Source of the DNA: a virus
IMG/VR virus record: IMGVR_UViG_3300045051_000531
Reading direction: 5' to 3' (one strand)
Length of the DNA: 64,000 nt
Part shown: positions 29,336 to 39,629 of the stretch, one piece after another
Layout: each line of letters starts with the position of its first letter
Numbering within the stretch: position 1 is the stretch's first letter
Translations under genes and position numbers: made by a program
Notes under the pieces: generated by a model
Seen by the model: the letters and a program-made list of their open reading frames with translations, nothing else
Databases searched by the model: none
What the model was told of the DNA's origin: nothing

Positions 29336-30849
29336 TGGGGACCTCGGCGACCGTTATCCCAGCCACGGCCCGCCTCGTCACGCGAGGTGGTGCCTACGAT
29401 ATCCAGAGCGTCCAGGCATCGTTCAACTCGAACGGCGTCAACGTCTGCATCGTCAGCCTGGCTGTTGGTCGCAAGGAGACCGGAACCGCGATTGTCTCCG
29501 TTGGGTTCAAGCGCGGTGACGAGGCCCGTGTCGAGATCTCGAATGCGGCTCCTACGACGACACAGAACGTCAGGTTCGGGCTGCCCTTCAACAAGACCGA
29601 GTTCACGCTGTTCGATGGAGTCATCGACGACTTCGGGCCGTCTGATCTCAGCTTCGGCAGCTTTTCGATTCAGGTCAGGATCTTCGGTCGTCTGGCGTAC
29701 CTGGCCTCTGGAGCCCTGGACTCCTCGAACATCGTTCCGAAGTCGAACCAGGACACCGCGATTCTCTGGGCCTACGGGCAAGCCGGAGAGGACTCCCCCG
29801 GTCGCATCAACATGGCTACGGCCAGCCAGGACTTCTGGCACGGGCTCAAGGTGGCCCTGAACAACATCGCGTCGATGCGGCGGGCCCCGAAGAACAGCAC
29901 GACACAGTTCATCCAGGATAAGTTCGGCGAGGACGGCAACATCGAGGCTCAGCAGGTCTTCAGCGAGATCACGGGGTCCCTGCTGTGGCGCGACCAGGCT
30001 GAGGCCTACGCGCCAGGCATCGTCACCAGCATGAACGAGTACATGATGCGGCAGTGGTTCATGGAACCGTTCCTGCACCGCATCGCGGCGTTCGGTGAGA
30101 TGCTGCACTTCCGTATCCTGGAGAACGGGTCCGGTATCAAGGTGGTCCCCTACCACCCATTCTTCCGTCGCCGCGACGCCTACGACATCGGGCCAGACAC
30201 GTTCGACAAGTTCTCCTGGCAGATCGGCGAGTACCGGAGCTACGCTGGTGCCGTGTTGGTCGATGGTTCCGGACATGACCAGTCCCAGATCACCACGGGA
30301 CGGGTCGCCGGGTACTACAAGATGCGTGGGACCCCGCTCGGCCAGGTCCACGTTGGCACCGTGCCTGGGTTCCTCACAGGAATCACGGAAGCCATGAGCA
30401 CCGGCGGCGACGGTGTCAGATCCTTCAATGGATCCCCCGATGACACCGCGGCCCGCGCTGGTGCCATCACGATTCCGAATCGGTTCGCCAAGATCCTGAC
30501 CTGGGATCTGAACTACAGGAACCGTAAGTTCACAGTTGAGTGTCCCTTCATGCGCTCCGACATCGGGCCTCTAACTGCCATCCGGGTCTCGTTTCCGAAT
30601 GTCCCCGAGATCGTGTTCGCGGCAACGACTCCGGCGGTCTACGGGTCCGTGGAGTCCGTGGACATCGTGTTGGATGCCGCGCAGGGCTACGCGAGGACCA
30701 GGTACACCTGCAACTGGGCCCGTTCCTACGATCAGCAGGAGTACCTGATTGACCCCGACCTCGGGGCCGGAGAGCACCCCTTCTTCACCACGAACTACAT
30801 CGGCGGACGCCTGGACTCCACACAGAGTCGCGGCGTCAGTGCGGGGTAA
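29335..30849 (+). CDS. Putative baseplate hub protein (gp27/gpD-like)
   Basis: 504 aa; LFDGVIDDFG in the N-terminal region and a beta-barrel-like C-terminus (FTVECPFMRSDIGPL..IRVSF). Confidence 0.55.
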   Translation: MGTSATVIPATARLVTRGGAYDIQSVQASFNSNGVNVCIVSLAVGRKETGTAIVSVGFKRGDEARVEISNAAPTTTQNVRFGLPFNKTEFTLFDGVIDDFGPSDLSFGSFSIQVRIFGRLAYLASGALDSSNIVPKSNQDTAILWAYGQAGEDSPGRINMATASQDFWHGLKVALNNIASMRRAPKNSTTQFIQDKFGEDGNIEAQQVFSEITGSLLWRDQAEAYAPGIVTSMNEYMMRQWFMEPFLHRIAAFGEMLHFRILENGSGIKVVPYHPFFRRRDAYDIGPDTFDKFSWQIGEYRSYAGAVLVDGSGHDQSQITTGRVAGYYKMRGTPLGQVHVGTVPGFLTGITEAMSTGGDGVRSFNGSPDDTAARAGAITIPNRFAKILTWDLNYRNRKFTVECPFMRSDIGPLTAIRVSFPNVPEIVFAATTPAVYGSVESVDIVLDAAQGYARTRYTCNWARSYDQQEYLIDPDLGAGEHPFFTTNYIGGRLDSTQSRGVSAG

Positions 30850-30850
30850 T

Positions 30851-31621
30851 ATGCCTGACGAGAAACCATACACGATCCACGAGGCCTGGGACGACCGCAC
30901 CAAGAAGCGGAAGCCAACGCTTCCGTCTTACGACACCTGGGTGAAGGAGCAGACTCCGCAGAATCTCAAGGCGGTGATTGCTGACCTGACCCCGGATATC
31001 GACGGAGCCGTCGAACACTTCCTGGGCCCCCAGGCGTCCCCAGTGCTCCGGCAGCGTGCCAAGCTGCTCGCCGCGAAAGCGGTGCGGACCTACGATCCCA
31101 AAATGGGAGCCGCGTTGCGGACCCATGTGACCTCGAACCTCCGAGCTCTGCAGCGCATGGCGCCCGCAGTTACTGATCCCCTGGCGCCGCCTGAGCGGTT
31201 CCGTCGGAACCAGCTCGAGATCTCGAAGGCGTCTGAGCTGCTCAAGGAGCAGCTGCATCGTGACCCGACCGATGAGGAGATCGCTGATCTCACCAAGTTG
31301 CCGGAACGCCGGGTCACCAAGGTCCGGTCCAGGATGCGCGCCAGGATCCCGATGTCGTCGCAGGAGTCCGAGGATGACGACGACGCCCCGGACATCGTGG
31401 GTTCCGAGCACACCGACTACGACACCTGGACTGACGCCGTGTACCACGATCTCGGTGAGCTCGACCGGCTCATCATGATGCATCGCACCGGGTACCGGAA
31501 CGCGGATGTCCTTTCAACGACGGACATCGCGAACAAGCTGAACATGAGTGCGCCAGCGGTGAGCCAGCGGGCCCGTCGGATCCAGCAACGCTTGGACAGC
31601 TTCTATGCCTCTCCACGCTGA
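30851..31621 (+). CDS. RNA polymerase sigma-70 family factor (FliA/WhiG-like)
   Basis: Region 2 (KAVRTYDPKMGAALRTHV), region 3 (LHRDPTDEEIADLTKLPERRV), region 4 HTH (STTDIANKLNMSAPAVSQRARRI). Confidence 0.85.
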   Translation: MPDEKPYTIHEAWDDRTKKRKPTLPSYDTWVKEQTPQNLKAVIADLTPDIDGAVEHFLGPQASPVLRQRAKLLAAKAVRTYDPKMGAALRTHVTSNLRALQRMAPAVTDPLAPPERFRRNQLEISKASELLKEQLHRDPTDEEIADLTKLPERRVTKVRSRMRARIPMSSQESEDDDDAPDIVGSEHTDYDTWTDAVYHDLGELDRLIMMHRTGYRNADVLSTTDIANKLNMSAPAVSQRARRIQQRLDSFYASPR

Positions 31622-32243
31622 CACCATCAAGTTCCTGGAGGGCAGGAACAAGTTCAGAAATGAGCTCGCCGCGGCCCTGACCGGGAAGCCGCAGGAGAAC
31701 GCTGATGGCAGCGAGCAGGAGCCCGAGCCTGTAGTGGACCCGGCGACTGCTGATGTCATCTCGGACTCCGATGGTACCGACTACGAGCCCATCCCACCTG
31801 CCACCGAGGAGAACCCGGATCCTGCGGCTGGTTCGGGGTGCGTGCTGCCGGCTCGCGGTGAATCCGATGGTGAAAAGAAGTGCACCAACGTGGTCGTCAG
31901 GCTCGCCGAGGTCACCCCGATCACGATGCTCCGGGACCCCAAGGGTTGGCCGAACTCGGACAAGCTGTACGAGGATCACCGGCTGGCTCTGGACCGCATG
32001 GCCACGGGTTCCCAGCTCTCCGATGACGACATGACCAAGATCCTGATCTACCAGCGCCAGGTTAACGTGATGGAGTCCTACCGTAAAATGCTGCTCCATA
32101 AGAAGCAGCAGGCCTGCCATTTCCTGTCGTCGTGGTGCGAGTGCATGAAGTCTGAACCCCAGAGTCAGGCTCAGCTGAACGCCTTGCTGCTGAACGATCC
32201 CGTCGGCATCGTGGCAACCAAGGCTGCCACGAACACGGTCTAG
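31605..32243 (+). CDS. Hypothetical protein
   Basis: 212 aa overlapping the sigma 3' end. Confidence 0.7.
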   Translation: MPLHADTIKFLEGRNKFRNELAAALTGKPQENADGSEQEPEPVVDPATADVISDSDGTDYEPIPPATEENPDPAAGSGCVLPARGESDGEKKCTNVVVRLAEVTPITMLRDPKGWPNSDKLYEDHRLALDRMATGSQLSDDDMTKILIYQRQVNVMESYRKMLLHKKQQACHFLSSWCECMKSEPQSQAQLNALLLNDPVGIVATKAATNTV

Positions 32244-32287
32244 CGCGTCCCAGATCCCCGGCGAGAATAGCCACCGCAAGAGGAGCC

Positions 32288-32671
32288 ATGGCCGAGGACT
32301 TCGCTCTCCTGGAGGGCCCCGCAGAGGGCTTGTACTCGTTGACGGATCCCACCACGGATCCGCTGGAGCGCATTCGGAGCCGCTTCGTGGTCCAGTTCCT
32401 GAGCCGCGAGGTCAGCCCGCGTGGATCCGTGTTCGTCACGGAGGTCCTCGCCGGTAGAGTCAAAACGAACTCCGACGTGGTCGGGCTGTTCGCGGTCACC
32501 GCTGGCCGCATCATCGATGACATGCGAACCCTGGCGCTCGATATCGCTCCGGCGCGAGCCCAGCTCGACAGCTTCGAGTTCCTGGACTCCAACCGCCGCA
32601 TCAAACTCAACTTTACCGTGGTCACCGAGCTTGGTTCCGTGACGGAGACCCTGACCGTGGGTGAGGCATGA
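32288..32671 (+). CDS. Baseplate wedge protein, gp25/W-like
   Basis: 127 aa, GAGGAG SD, directly before the J-like gene. Confidence 0.6.
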   Translation: MAEDFALLEGPAEGLYSLTDPTTDPLERIRSRFVVQFLSREVSPRGSVFVTEVLAGRVKTNSDVVGLFAVTAGRIIDDMRTLALDIAPARAQLDSFEFLDSNRRIKLNFTVVTELGSVTETLTVGEA

Positions 32672-34332
32672 CGAACATCAGCGAGAACATCACGCAGACC
32701 GACATCGATGCGGCCACGGAGGCCAACCGGGCAGTTCTGCAGGAGCGCTTCCCGGATCTCGATATCTCCGTTGGTGGTCCCGTCGACAGCCTGTTGGTCG
32801 ACGGCAACGTCGTCATCACGGCGCAGAACGATGCCAACGTCGACAAAGCCTACCTGTACCAGCAGCTCAAGGCGGTCTCCGAGGGCACCGTCACGATCCC
32901 GGATGAAGATCTCGATCGCCTCATGGCGAACTACTTCCTGACCAGGCAGGAAGCCATCGTGGCCACGGGCACCGTGGTCTTCGTGGTTCGCGACAACACC
33001 CAGAGCACGTTCCAAGCCGGCTACCGGCTGACATCGTCGGGGCAGAGCTACCAGCTCGGCGCCACGTACACCGTGTACCCCGTTGGCACCACCAACGTGG
33101 ATTTCACGGTGCCCACGAATGTGCTCATGGAGCAGATCTTCGACGCCGAGACCGGCTATCAGTTCCAGTACGAGCTCCCGATCGAATCCGTCGATGCGAC
33201 GCCGTCTGCGGTCCGGGTCTCCGGCGACCGCTTCGAAGCGGCGCAGCCGTTCGACGGTCTCGGCTACATCCAGGCCGTCACGAACTTCCAGGGCGGCACC
33301 GCAGCGGAGACCAACGAGCAGTTCGCGAAGCGCGGCCTCCAGGGGCTCCTGGCGAAGACCGTTGGTGGCCAGGATCACATCGATGCCCTGGTTCGGGAAG
33401 CCGTTCCCCTGGCGGATTCCAACAGCATCGGTGTCAATGACCCCCTGATGACCCGGGACCGCGCCAACGTCTTCAACATCTCGACAGGCGGCCGTCTCGA
33501 TGTCTACGTGAAATCTGGTGCCATCGCGCAAGCCGGGTACGTCGTCACCGGTGTCGTCCTCAACGATGTCGCCCGTACGGTGTCGTTGACCCTGACGCGG
33601 GAGCAGTCCGCCGGTGTGTACCGGACCGCGGTTACCCCGGTGTACCTCTCCGCTCCTCCGACCATCGTCAGCGGCGGCATCACGGTGCAGTCCGTGGTCC
33701 ACAACGTCTGGACGGATCCCGAGGCTGGAGCCTTCAACCCTCTGATGCCGGCTGATATCGATCGGGCCTTCAGCACCCGGCAGGAGATCGTGATCACGAT
33801 CGTCGATGATCGCCAGACCGGATCCGGGTACTACGTCGACATGACTCCAGGCCCGGGCACCGAGATCGAGGACGCGTACTCCGTCGGTACCGAGTACCAG
33901 CCCGGTTGCCTCCTCGTCGACGACATCCTGATGGGCCCCGCGAATCGGCCGCCTGGTGTCGACGTCCTCGTCAAAGCGGCGGTGCCGTGCATCGTCACCA
34001 TCGGCATCACGGCCAAGAAGCCTGCGAACTACAACGGCCCCGGGGCTGATGTCCTCGCGGCTGAGGTCGCGTCGGCGATCAACCTGCTACCCGTGGAAAC
34101 CGCTGACCTCGACGGCTTCACGATCTCCAACATCCTGAAGACCGCGGCCCCGCAGCTCGTCCTGACCGGCCTCAGCATGGCTGGCACGATCTACGGCCAG
34201 GATGGCACCAACATCTCGGTGCCCCAGCTCGGCGGCAAGCTCACCATCGTCACGAACACCACCGCCAAGGTGTCCTCGGCGAACTGCTATTACACGACAA
34301 CACCACCCCAGGTGAGTGTGACCCTTGTTTGA
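32668..34332 (+). CDS. Baseplate J-like wedge protein
   Basis: 554 aa; DLDRLMANYFLTRQEAIVATGTVVF, FQGGTAAETNEQF, GGRLDVYV. Confidence 0.85.
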   Translation: MTNISENITQTDIDAATEANRAVLQERFPDLDISVGGPVDSLLVDGNVVITAQNDANVDKAYLYQQLKAVSEGTVTIPDEDLDRLMANYFLTRQEAIVATGTVVFVVRDNTQSTFQAGYRLTSSGQSYQLGATYTVYPVGTTNVDFTVPTNVLMEQIFDAETGYQFQYELPIESVDATPSAVRVSGDRFEAAQPFDGLGYIQAVTNFQGGTAAETNEQFAKRGLQGLLAKTVGGQDHIDALVREAVPLADSNSIGVNDPLMTRDRANVFNISTGGRLDVYVKSGAIAQAGYVVTGVVLNDVARTVSLTLTREQSAGVYRTAVTPVYLSAPPTIVSGGITVQSVVHNVWTDPEAGAFNPLMPADIDRAFSTRQEIVITIVDDRQTGSGYYVDMTPGPGTEIEDAYSVGTEYQPGCLLVDDILMGPANRPPGVDVLVKAAVPCIVTIGITAKKPANYNGPGADVLAAEVASAINLLPVETADLDGFTISNILKTAAPQLVLTGLSMAGTIYGQDGTNISVPQLGGKLTIVTNTTAKVSSANCYYTTTPPQVSVTLV

Positions 34333-35791
34333 TTTCGACGACATCATCACCGGAGCTCTGCGGGATCCTGAACGGGTCTGGCGGTACCTGGATTCGTTCT
34401 GGCGCACCAGGACGACGCCGACGACGCACGACCTCGTCCTGTTCGAGACCTACGCCCAGACCCTGTTGGAACTCAACGTCCTGGCGAAGTCTGACCACTT
34501 CATCCGGGCCCAGACCGTTCCCGTCATCGAAGACTTCCTGCGGGTACCGTGGTACCCCGTGATCCTGTTCCAGGATCGCCTCATCGATCAGTCCCTGGTG
34601 TTGTACGGCGAAGGCTACATCTACGACCCCCTGCCGGAAATCGTCTACGGTCAGCAGGGCCTCCCCCGGTTCCTGTATCCCATGGCGGAACCCTTGGTCG
34701 CGGTGTCCGAGATCTGCGATGCCATCACGAACACCTCGGTGGTCCTCGATGCCACGCAGTTCGCCTACGACGTCATCCAGCAACGCTTCATCTTCAGCGT
34801 GGATCCTTTCACGCTGATCCCTGCGAAGACCGATGCCGGATCGGGGCGCCAGTACATCGTGCTCTGGCTCCGGAACCCGCAGTTCGACATGGGGGTCCCG
34901 TTCGACTGGGCCGGCTGGGTCGCGAAGTACGAGCGCAGCGGCGAGAACTACGCCGCCACGTTGCAGATGATCTGGGAACTCATCCTGCTTGGTCCCAGTG
35001 TGGCCCGGTACCAGGACGGCTTGCTCCGAGCCGCCGGGCTCCCGTACGTCAGCGACGGTGAAGAGGTCGTCAGGCGGGTCGAGAACGACGGCTTCAGGAA
35101 CCTGATCTCGACGGACACCAAGGTCTACGGGGCCCCGCTGTCCGTGGTCCCCGTGGTGGCCCCCGGCGACGTCGTCACTAGGGGGACCCCGCTGACCGAT
35201 GGGATCCGGTTCATGGACTACCAGGGGGTCCTGGCGTCCACGGATGCCACGCTGCCTGGGCTCCTGCTCAAGGTCCCCCTGTCTACGGGGGTCATAGCAG
35301 AACTCAGCTTCGCCAACGTGACCGACGCCTGGACCTATGATGCCCTGAGACCGTCTCCCTGGCGGTTCCCCGTCGGTGGCGACCCGACCTCCGTGGAGCA
35401 ATTCTGGGTCGATGTGGACACCTTCGCCACGGCCAATGGGATCGATTTCCAGACACTTTACGGACTCCCGGCAGCCGTGAACCCCATGAAGCGGATCGTC
35501 GAGGATCTCCTCCAGAACAGCCTCTACGTGGCCTCCCTGCGGCTCAGCGAGATGCCTGACGTCTTCGGGGGCTTCAGCGACCGCGCCAGGCTCCTGTTGC
35601 CCGGGGACGTCCTCATCGTGCTCCAGCAGTTCCTGGACTCCGTGTCGGACAGCTTCGATCTGGGCTCCGAGACTTCCGATACCGTGGGATACGGCTACCA
35701 TGCCGCGGTACCCACAGAGATTATCTCGGTACCCGGAAATGGGACCGACCTGACGTACTACGACTACACCCCCTTGGTGGTGACGACATGA
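34325..35791 (+). CDS. Baseplate wedge protein (gpI/gp7-like)
   Basis: 488 aa following J; positional call. Confidence 0.55.
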   Translation: MFDFDDIITGALRDPERVWRYLDSFWRTRTTPTTHDLVLFETYAQTLLELNVLAKSDHFIRAQTVPVIEDFLRVPWYPVILFQDRLIDQSLVLYGEGYIYDPLPEIVYGQQGLPRFLYPMAEPLVAVSEICDAITNTSVVLDATQFAYDVIQQRFIFSVDPFTLIPAKTDAGSGRQYIVLWLRNPQFDMGVPFDWAGWVAKYERSGENYAATLQMIWELILLGPSVARYQDGLLRAAGLPYVSDGEEVVRRVENDGFRNLISTDTKVYGAPLSVVPVVAPGDVVTRGTPLTDGIRFMDYQGVLASTDATLPGLLLKVPLSTGVIAELSFANVTDAWTYDALRPSPWRFPVGGDPTSVEQFWVDVDTFATANGIDFQTLYGLPAAVNPMKRIVEDLLQNSLYVASLRLSEMPDVFGGFSDRARLLLPGDVLIVLQQFLDSVSDSFDLGSETSDTVGYGYHAAVPTEIISVPGNGTDLTYYDYTPLVVTT

Positions 35792-36339
35792 TCAAAGACT
35801 CCATCGCCCTGAACCGCGTCCTCCGGGGCTACGTCCGGGTCCGCAACGAAGCCGGGGTTGAGGTCCACAGCCACAACCTCGTCGTCTACAACGGCGGCGA
35901 CATCATCGCCAAGCTCCTCGGCGGCAACGAGGAGTACCGGATCTCGCACATGTACTTCGCCTACGAGAACACCGTGGGGGTCCCGGCGCCGCCAGCCGCG
36001 GCACGCTCGGATACCGCGGCGACGACGTTTCACGCCCTGGCGCCGCCCGATGACTTCCTCCGGGCCCCCGTGCTGGATCCCCCGCAGTACCAGGCCGCTG
36101 ACGCCAACCACCTCTTCAACCGCGTCATCTTCAACGCCATCGCGTCGGACACCGTTGGAGTCCTCGGGCTCCCCTTCGGCGCCGCGAACAACTCCAAGGT
36201 GTACGGGGTCGGTCTGATCGCGGCTCCTACGGGCGCCTACCTCGGTGACCTGCTCTACGCATACTTCGTGTTGCCCACAGCTCTGCCTGCAGCTGGTTCC
36301 GGCCAGATCTCGGCGTCCTGGGCAACGGAGGCCAACTAA
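35788..36339 (+). CDS. Tail fibre attachment/collar protein
   Basis: 183 aa; HNLVVYNGGDIIAKLLGG..RISHMYFAY resembles fibre-collar domains. Confidence 0.5.
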   Translation: MIKDSIALNRVLRGYVRVRNEAGVEVHSHNLVVYNGGDIIAKLLGGNEEYRISHMYFAYENTVGVPAPPAAARSDTAATTFHALAPPDDFLRAPVLDPPQYQAADANHLFNRVIFNAIASDTVGVLGLPFGAANNSKVYGVGLIAAPTGAYLGDLLYAYFVLPTALPAAGSGQISASWATEAN

Positions 36340-38093
36340 TGGCTACCTTCGTTCCCACGGTTCGCGTCATCGTTGATGGGACCCCCGTCGACGCCGCGAA
36401 TACCAATGGTCCCATTGCGGATCTCACCCAGCGGACCCAGTGGCTCAAGGATCAGCTCTTGGCCCTCCAGGCCGGGACCCAGCTCATCCTGCGGAACCAG
36501 ACCATCGATCCCGCGGTGATCCCGGGCACCCCGGTGTACCTGGATACCGCCACGGACACCTTCAAGCCGGCGATGGCTGAAGTCGACACCACGAACCTGA
36601 ACCAGGCCTCTGATCGGGCGTTCTGGCAGGGCATCGCGTTGACCGCATCAGGCACCGTTGGCGACATCGTCATCGGTGGCGACATGGTCTTGCCCCCGGC
36701 GACCTGGGCTGCCGCGTTCGACACCGGGATCTTCGCGGCTGGCGACATCTTCCTCGGTGGCGTCGTACCCGGGAAGCTGTCGACGTCAGCGGGCACCGCC
36801 GGGATCTACCTGGGTCACATGCGGATCTCGGGCGAAATGTTGGTCCGTCTGGGCAACCCGGGCGCCTTCCTGGAACACATCCACCTCCAGCGCTTCCTGG
36901 TCGGGTCCCCAGCAGACAGCGCTCCGACGACACCAGCGGTGAACACCCCGCAGACCATCGGAACCCCGGACCCCTCGCAGCAGGGCTGGTTGCCTGCCAA
37001 CGCGACGTACTTCCCGGGCTTCGTGATCGGTGTTCAGATCCCCACGGGTGCCGTGTTCGGCTACAACATCCAGCACCCCGCGGAGACCGCGCTGCGCCAG
37101 GTCTTCCCGGTGCTTCCGCCGGAGAACGCGCAGTTCGATCAGGACGGCCAGGTTCTCAGCACGGATCTCGTCATCATCAACCAGTTCGGGATCTGGTGGA
37201 TGGATGACAGCTACGGACAGGCTCCGTGGCCCGTGGATTACGCGACGTCGTCAACGGCCCCCGAGATCACGCTGTGGACCACGCGGCTCATCGCGGCGGC
37301 CTCCGTCGTGGATCTCGCCGTCAACGAGCTCATCGCGCAGCTCAACGCCGGTCTCGCCGCGGACTTCTCGGTGACCAAGCTGTTCACCTCGGACGCCGGG
37401 ACCATCGAGATCGCGGCTTCCGAGGGTGACGGCGTCACGGGCTACCATGGCGTCGTCACGCTGACTCCCAAGGCAGTGAATGCAGCCAGGTACCGTCGTG
37501 GCATCCTGATCGAATCGGCGTCCTCGCTGGGTGACAACACCACGGGCTACAAGGGCATCATCGACGCCGAGTTCAACGCGGATCTCGAGGCCAAGCACCA
37601 GTTCACCTTGGTGACCGCGGCGCCACAGGACACCATGGCCCCGGTGAGCACCAACGGGTTCTCCGTGGGTGCCGACATCGGGCTCCGTGGCCACCGTCTC
37701 GGCGCCAACGTCGCCGACTTCATCGACTTCCTGATCACTGGTGGTCGGGATCTCGTCGTGGCACCAGCGGAGTACCGGTTGTCGCCGGTGTTCCACTTCG
37801 CCGTGAACACGGCGGCAGCGGTTCCCGTGATCCGGAACTTCGAGGTCCGGTTCTACCGCTTCAAAGTGGGTTCCCCGCTGAGCTCGACGCAGCTCGTGAA
37901 GACCGTCCAGGTCGACGCCCAGACCGGGGTGCCCGGACAGCTCCAGACCGCGGCTCTGGGTCCCTACGCTGACGTCGTGCTCCAGCAGAACGAGCACATC
38001 CTGGTTCGCATCGTGAACAGCACTGGTGGCAACCCGCTGCCCGTGGACACCCTGCGCGTGGTCTCCCTGTACTACGGTCTCACGGAGGCCTGA
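36339..38093 (+). CDS. Tail fibre / receptor-binding protein
   Basis: 584 aa; N-terminal NTNGPIADLTQRTQWLKDQL resembles P2 gpH-type fibre N-termini. Confidence 0.65.
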   Translation: MATFVPTVRVIVDGTPVDAANTNGPIADLTQRTQWLKDQLLALQAGTQLILRNQTIDPAVIPGTPVYLDTATDTFKPAMAEVDTTNLNQASDRAFWQGIALTASGTVGDIVIGGDMVLPPATWAAAFDTGIFAAGDIFLGGVVPGKLSTSAGTAGIYLGHMRISGEMLVRLGNPGAFLEHIHLQRFLVGSPADSAPTTPAVNTPQTIGTPDPSQQGWLPANATYFPGFVIGVQIPTGAVFGYNIQHPAETALRQVFPVLPPENAQFDQDGQVLSTDLVIINQFGIWWMDDSYGQAPWPVDYATSSTAPEITLWTTRLIAAASVVDLAVNELIAQLNAGLAADFSVTKLFTSDAGTIEIAASEGDGVTGYHGVVTLTPKAVNAARYRRGILIESASSLGDNTTGYKGIIDAEFNADLEAKHQFTLVTAAPQDTMAPVSTNGFSVGADIGLRGHRLGANVADFIDFLITGGRDLVVAPAEYRLSPVFHFAVNTAAAVPVIRNFEVRFYRFKVGSPLSSTQLVKTVQVDAQTGVPGQLQTAALGPYADVVLQQNEHILVRIVNSTGGNPLPVDTLRVVSLYYGLTEA

Positions 38094-38491
38094 TGCCATT
38101 CACGGTCACCTTGGTTCGTCAGTTCAGCGACAACGTCGCCACGAACGCCAATCAGCCCTGCGATAACCAGCAGGTCCGGATGACGGAGACCGTGACGGCG
38201 TACACCGGACTCCAGGATGGCGGTGTCTTCGTGTACCGCGTCGATCCGGTCACCTTGGTGCCCAGGTACGATCACATCGCGGTGCCCTGTGATCTGCAGC
38301 GCTACAACCTGAACGTGGTCACCCCAGGTGCCGAGTTCATCCGGAAGACCGCGATCGATCTGTACTACGCCACCGCCCAGGACGCCCAGGAAGGTGCCGT
38401 GGTCATCGAGAACTCCGTGCAGGATCTCGTCGATGAACTCGAAGCTCTCCAGAACATGTCGCCCTCGGTGACCACCACGATTTCGTCATGA
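38093..38491 (+). CDS. Hypothetical protein
   Basis: 132 aa, coupled start and stop. Confidence 0.7.
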   Translation: MPFTVTLVRQFSDNVATNANQPCDNQQVRMTETVTAYTGLQDGGVFVYRVDPVTLVPRYDHIAVPCDLQRYNLNVVTPGAEFIRKTAIDLYYATAQDAQEGAVVIENSVQDLVDELEALQNMSPSVTTTISS

Positions 38492-38778
38492 CCCCAGTCG
38501 CGGTCACGAAGTCCTACCTGATCCGGTTGGCACGGGATCCCAAGTACAACTGGATGTCGTCGCTGCGCGCGATCCGGGAGACCTACGTGATCGCTGGGCT
38601 CCAGCAGCCCACGAAGAAGTGCTGTGGGCAGCGGAAACCTGCAGTGGCGGTTCCCGATACCGCTATCGCACGGGTGACCTCGGATCCCAGGTTCTTGAGC
38701 GATCTCCGCGCCCTGAAAGTTCGGGAACAGTTCGGTCCTGTTGTCATCAACGTCGGCAGCTTACAGGCGCGCCTCTAA
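38488..38778 (+). CDS. Small hypothetical protein with CC motif
   Basis: 96 aa; last gene of the + operon; 18-bp convergent overlap with the next gene. Confidence 0.65.
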   Translation: MTPVAVTKSYLIRLARDPKYNWMSSLRAIRETYVIAGLQQPTKKCCGQRKPAVAVPDTAIARVTSDPRFLSDLRALKVREQFGPVVINVGSLQARL

Positions 38779-39612
38779 CTCGGCGATCAGTTCAGCCTTC
38801 TTCGGCATCTTCTTCTCGATCCGGCAGGCCAGCAGCTTCATACCATTCACCGTGGGCTGCCCGTTGGCATCGGTGCCGATCTCTTCGACGACGTGCGGGC
38901 TGTTCTTGTAGCGCCCGAACAACAGGGTGTCGCCTTTCTCGATGTCGAGCGTGATCGCAGCCGTTTTCTCCTGAGCGGGCTGGAGCTGGATTCCGATGTT
39001 GCCGAGCTGCTGGATCAACTCGACGATCTTGGAGTCCAGCCAGATATCGACTTCGTTGGCGCGTTCCTGCGCGGATCCCCAGGCTCCGGCGTAGTACTGG
39101 GGGTCACTGAAGCCTTCGTTCTTCACGATCTTGGAACCTGCGAACTCCAGCGCCTTGGGAGCGATCGTGAAGCCTTCGTCGTCGAGGACGACGCGGACGT
39201 ACTTCTGGATGTTGCGGCTCCATGGCGACGCCGGATCTCTGGTCACCGGATCGGGATCCACGAGACCGATTTCGGTGACCGCCCAGGCGACGTCGTCAAC
39301 GGACGGGACCCCCTTCTGTACCCCGACGCCGTCACCTGCCAGGGCTGAGACGGTCTCATCGAAGATGGCGACGTCCTTGTAGACGGAGTCCGTGGTCACC
39401 GCGGCGATCAGCGCCATGAGCTTGTCGTAGACCCGACGCGGCATCTCGACACCGAAGTCATCTTTGACTTCGAGCTCGATGGTGGCGCCATCCCAGTTCA
39501 TGGCCTCGATGCCGAAGGCGGCGACGACACCGCAGAGCAGTGTGGTCGCGAAGCACTCCCGTTCACCGCTGAGATACGGGGTCAGGCCTTCTTTGAGAGC
39601 GCGAGGCAACAT
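38761..39612 (-). CDS. Hypothetical protein with C-terminal SH3/KOW-like module after a KTAA site
   Basis: ATG at 39612; tail LDIEKGDTLLFGRYKNSPHVVEEIGTDANGQPTVNG. Confidence 0.75.
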   Translation of the reverse strand: MLPRALKEGLTPYLSGERECFATTLLCGVVAAFGIEAMNWDGATIELEVKDDFGVEMPRRVYDKLMALIAAVTTDSVYKDVAIFDETVSALAGDGVGVQKGVPSVDDVAWAVTEIGLVDPDPVTRDPASPWSRNIQKYVRVVLDDEGFTIAPKALEFAGSKIVKNEGFSDPQYYAGAWGSAQERANEVDIWLDSKIVELIQQLGNIGIQLQPAQEKTAAITLDIEKGDTLLFGRYKNSPHVVEEIGTDANGQPTVNGMKLLACRIEKKMPKKAELIAELEARL

Positions 39613-39629
39613 TGTCCGCGCGGACACTA

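Noticed and set aside
304-36111. Long antisense ORFs in the track (e.g. 7858-9402, 10564-12555, 32062-33702, 34250-35701)
   Set aside because: Shadow ORFs caused by high GC3 bias on the coding strand; they overlap well-supported + genes and have no motifs.
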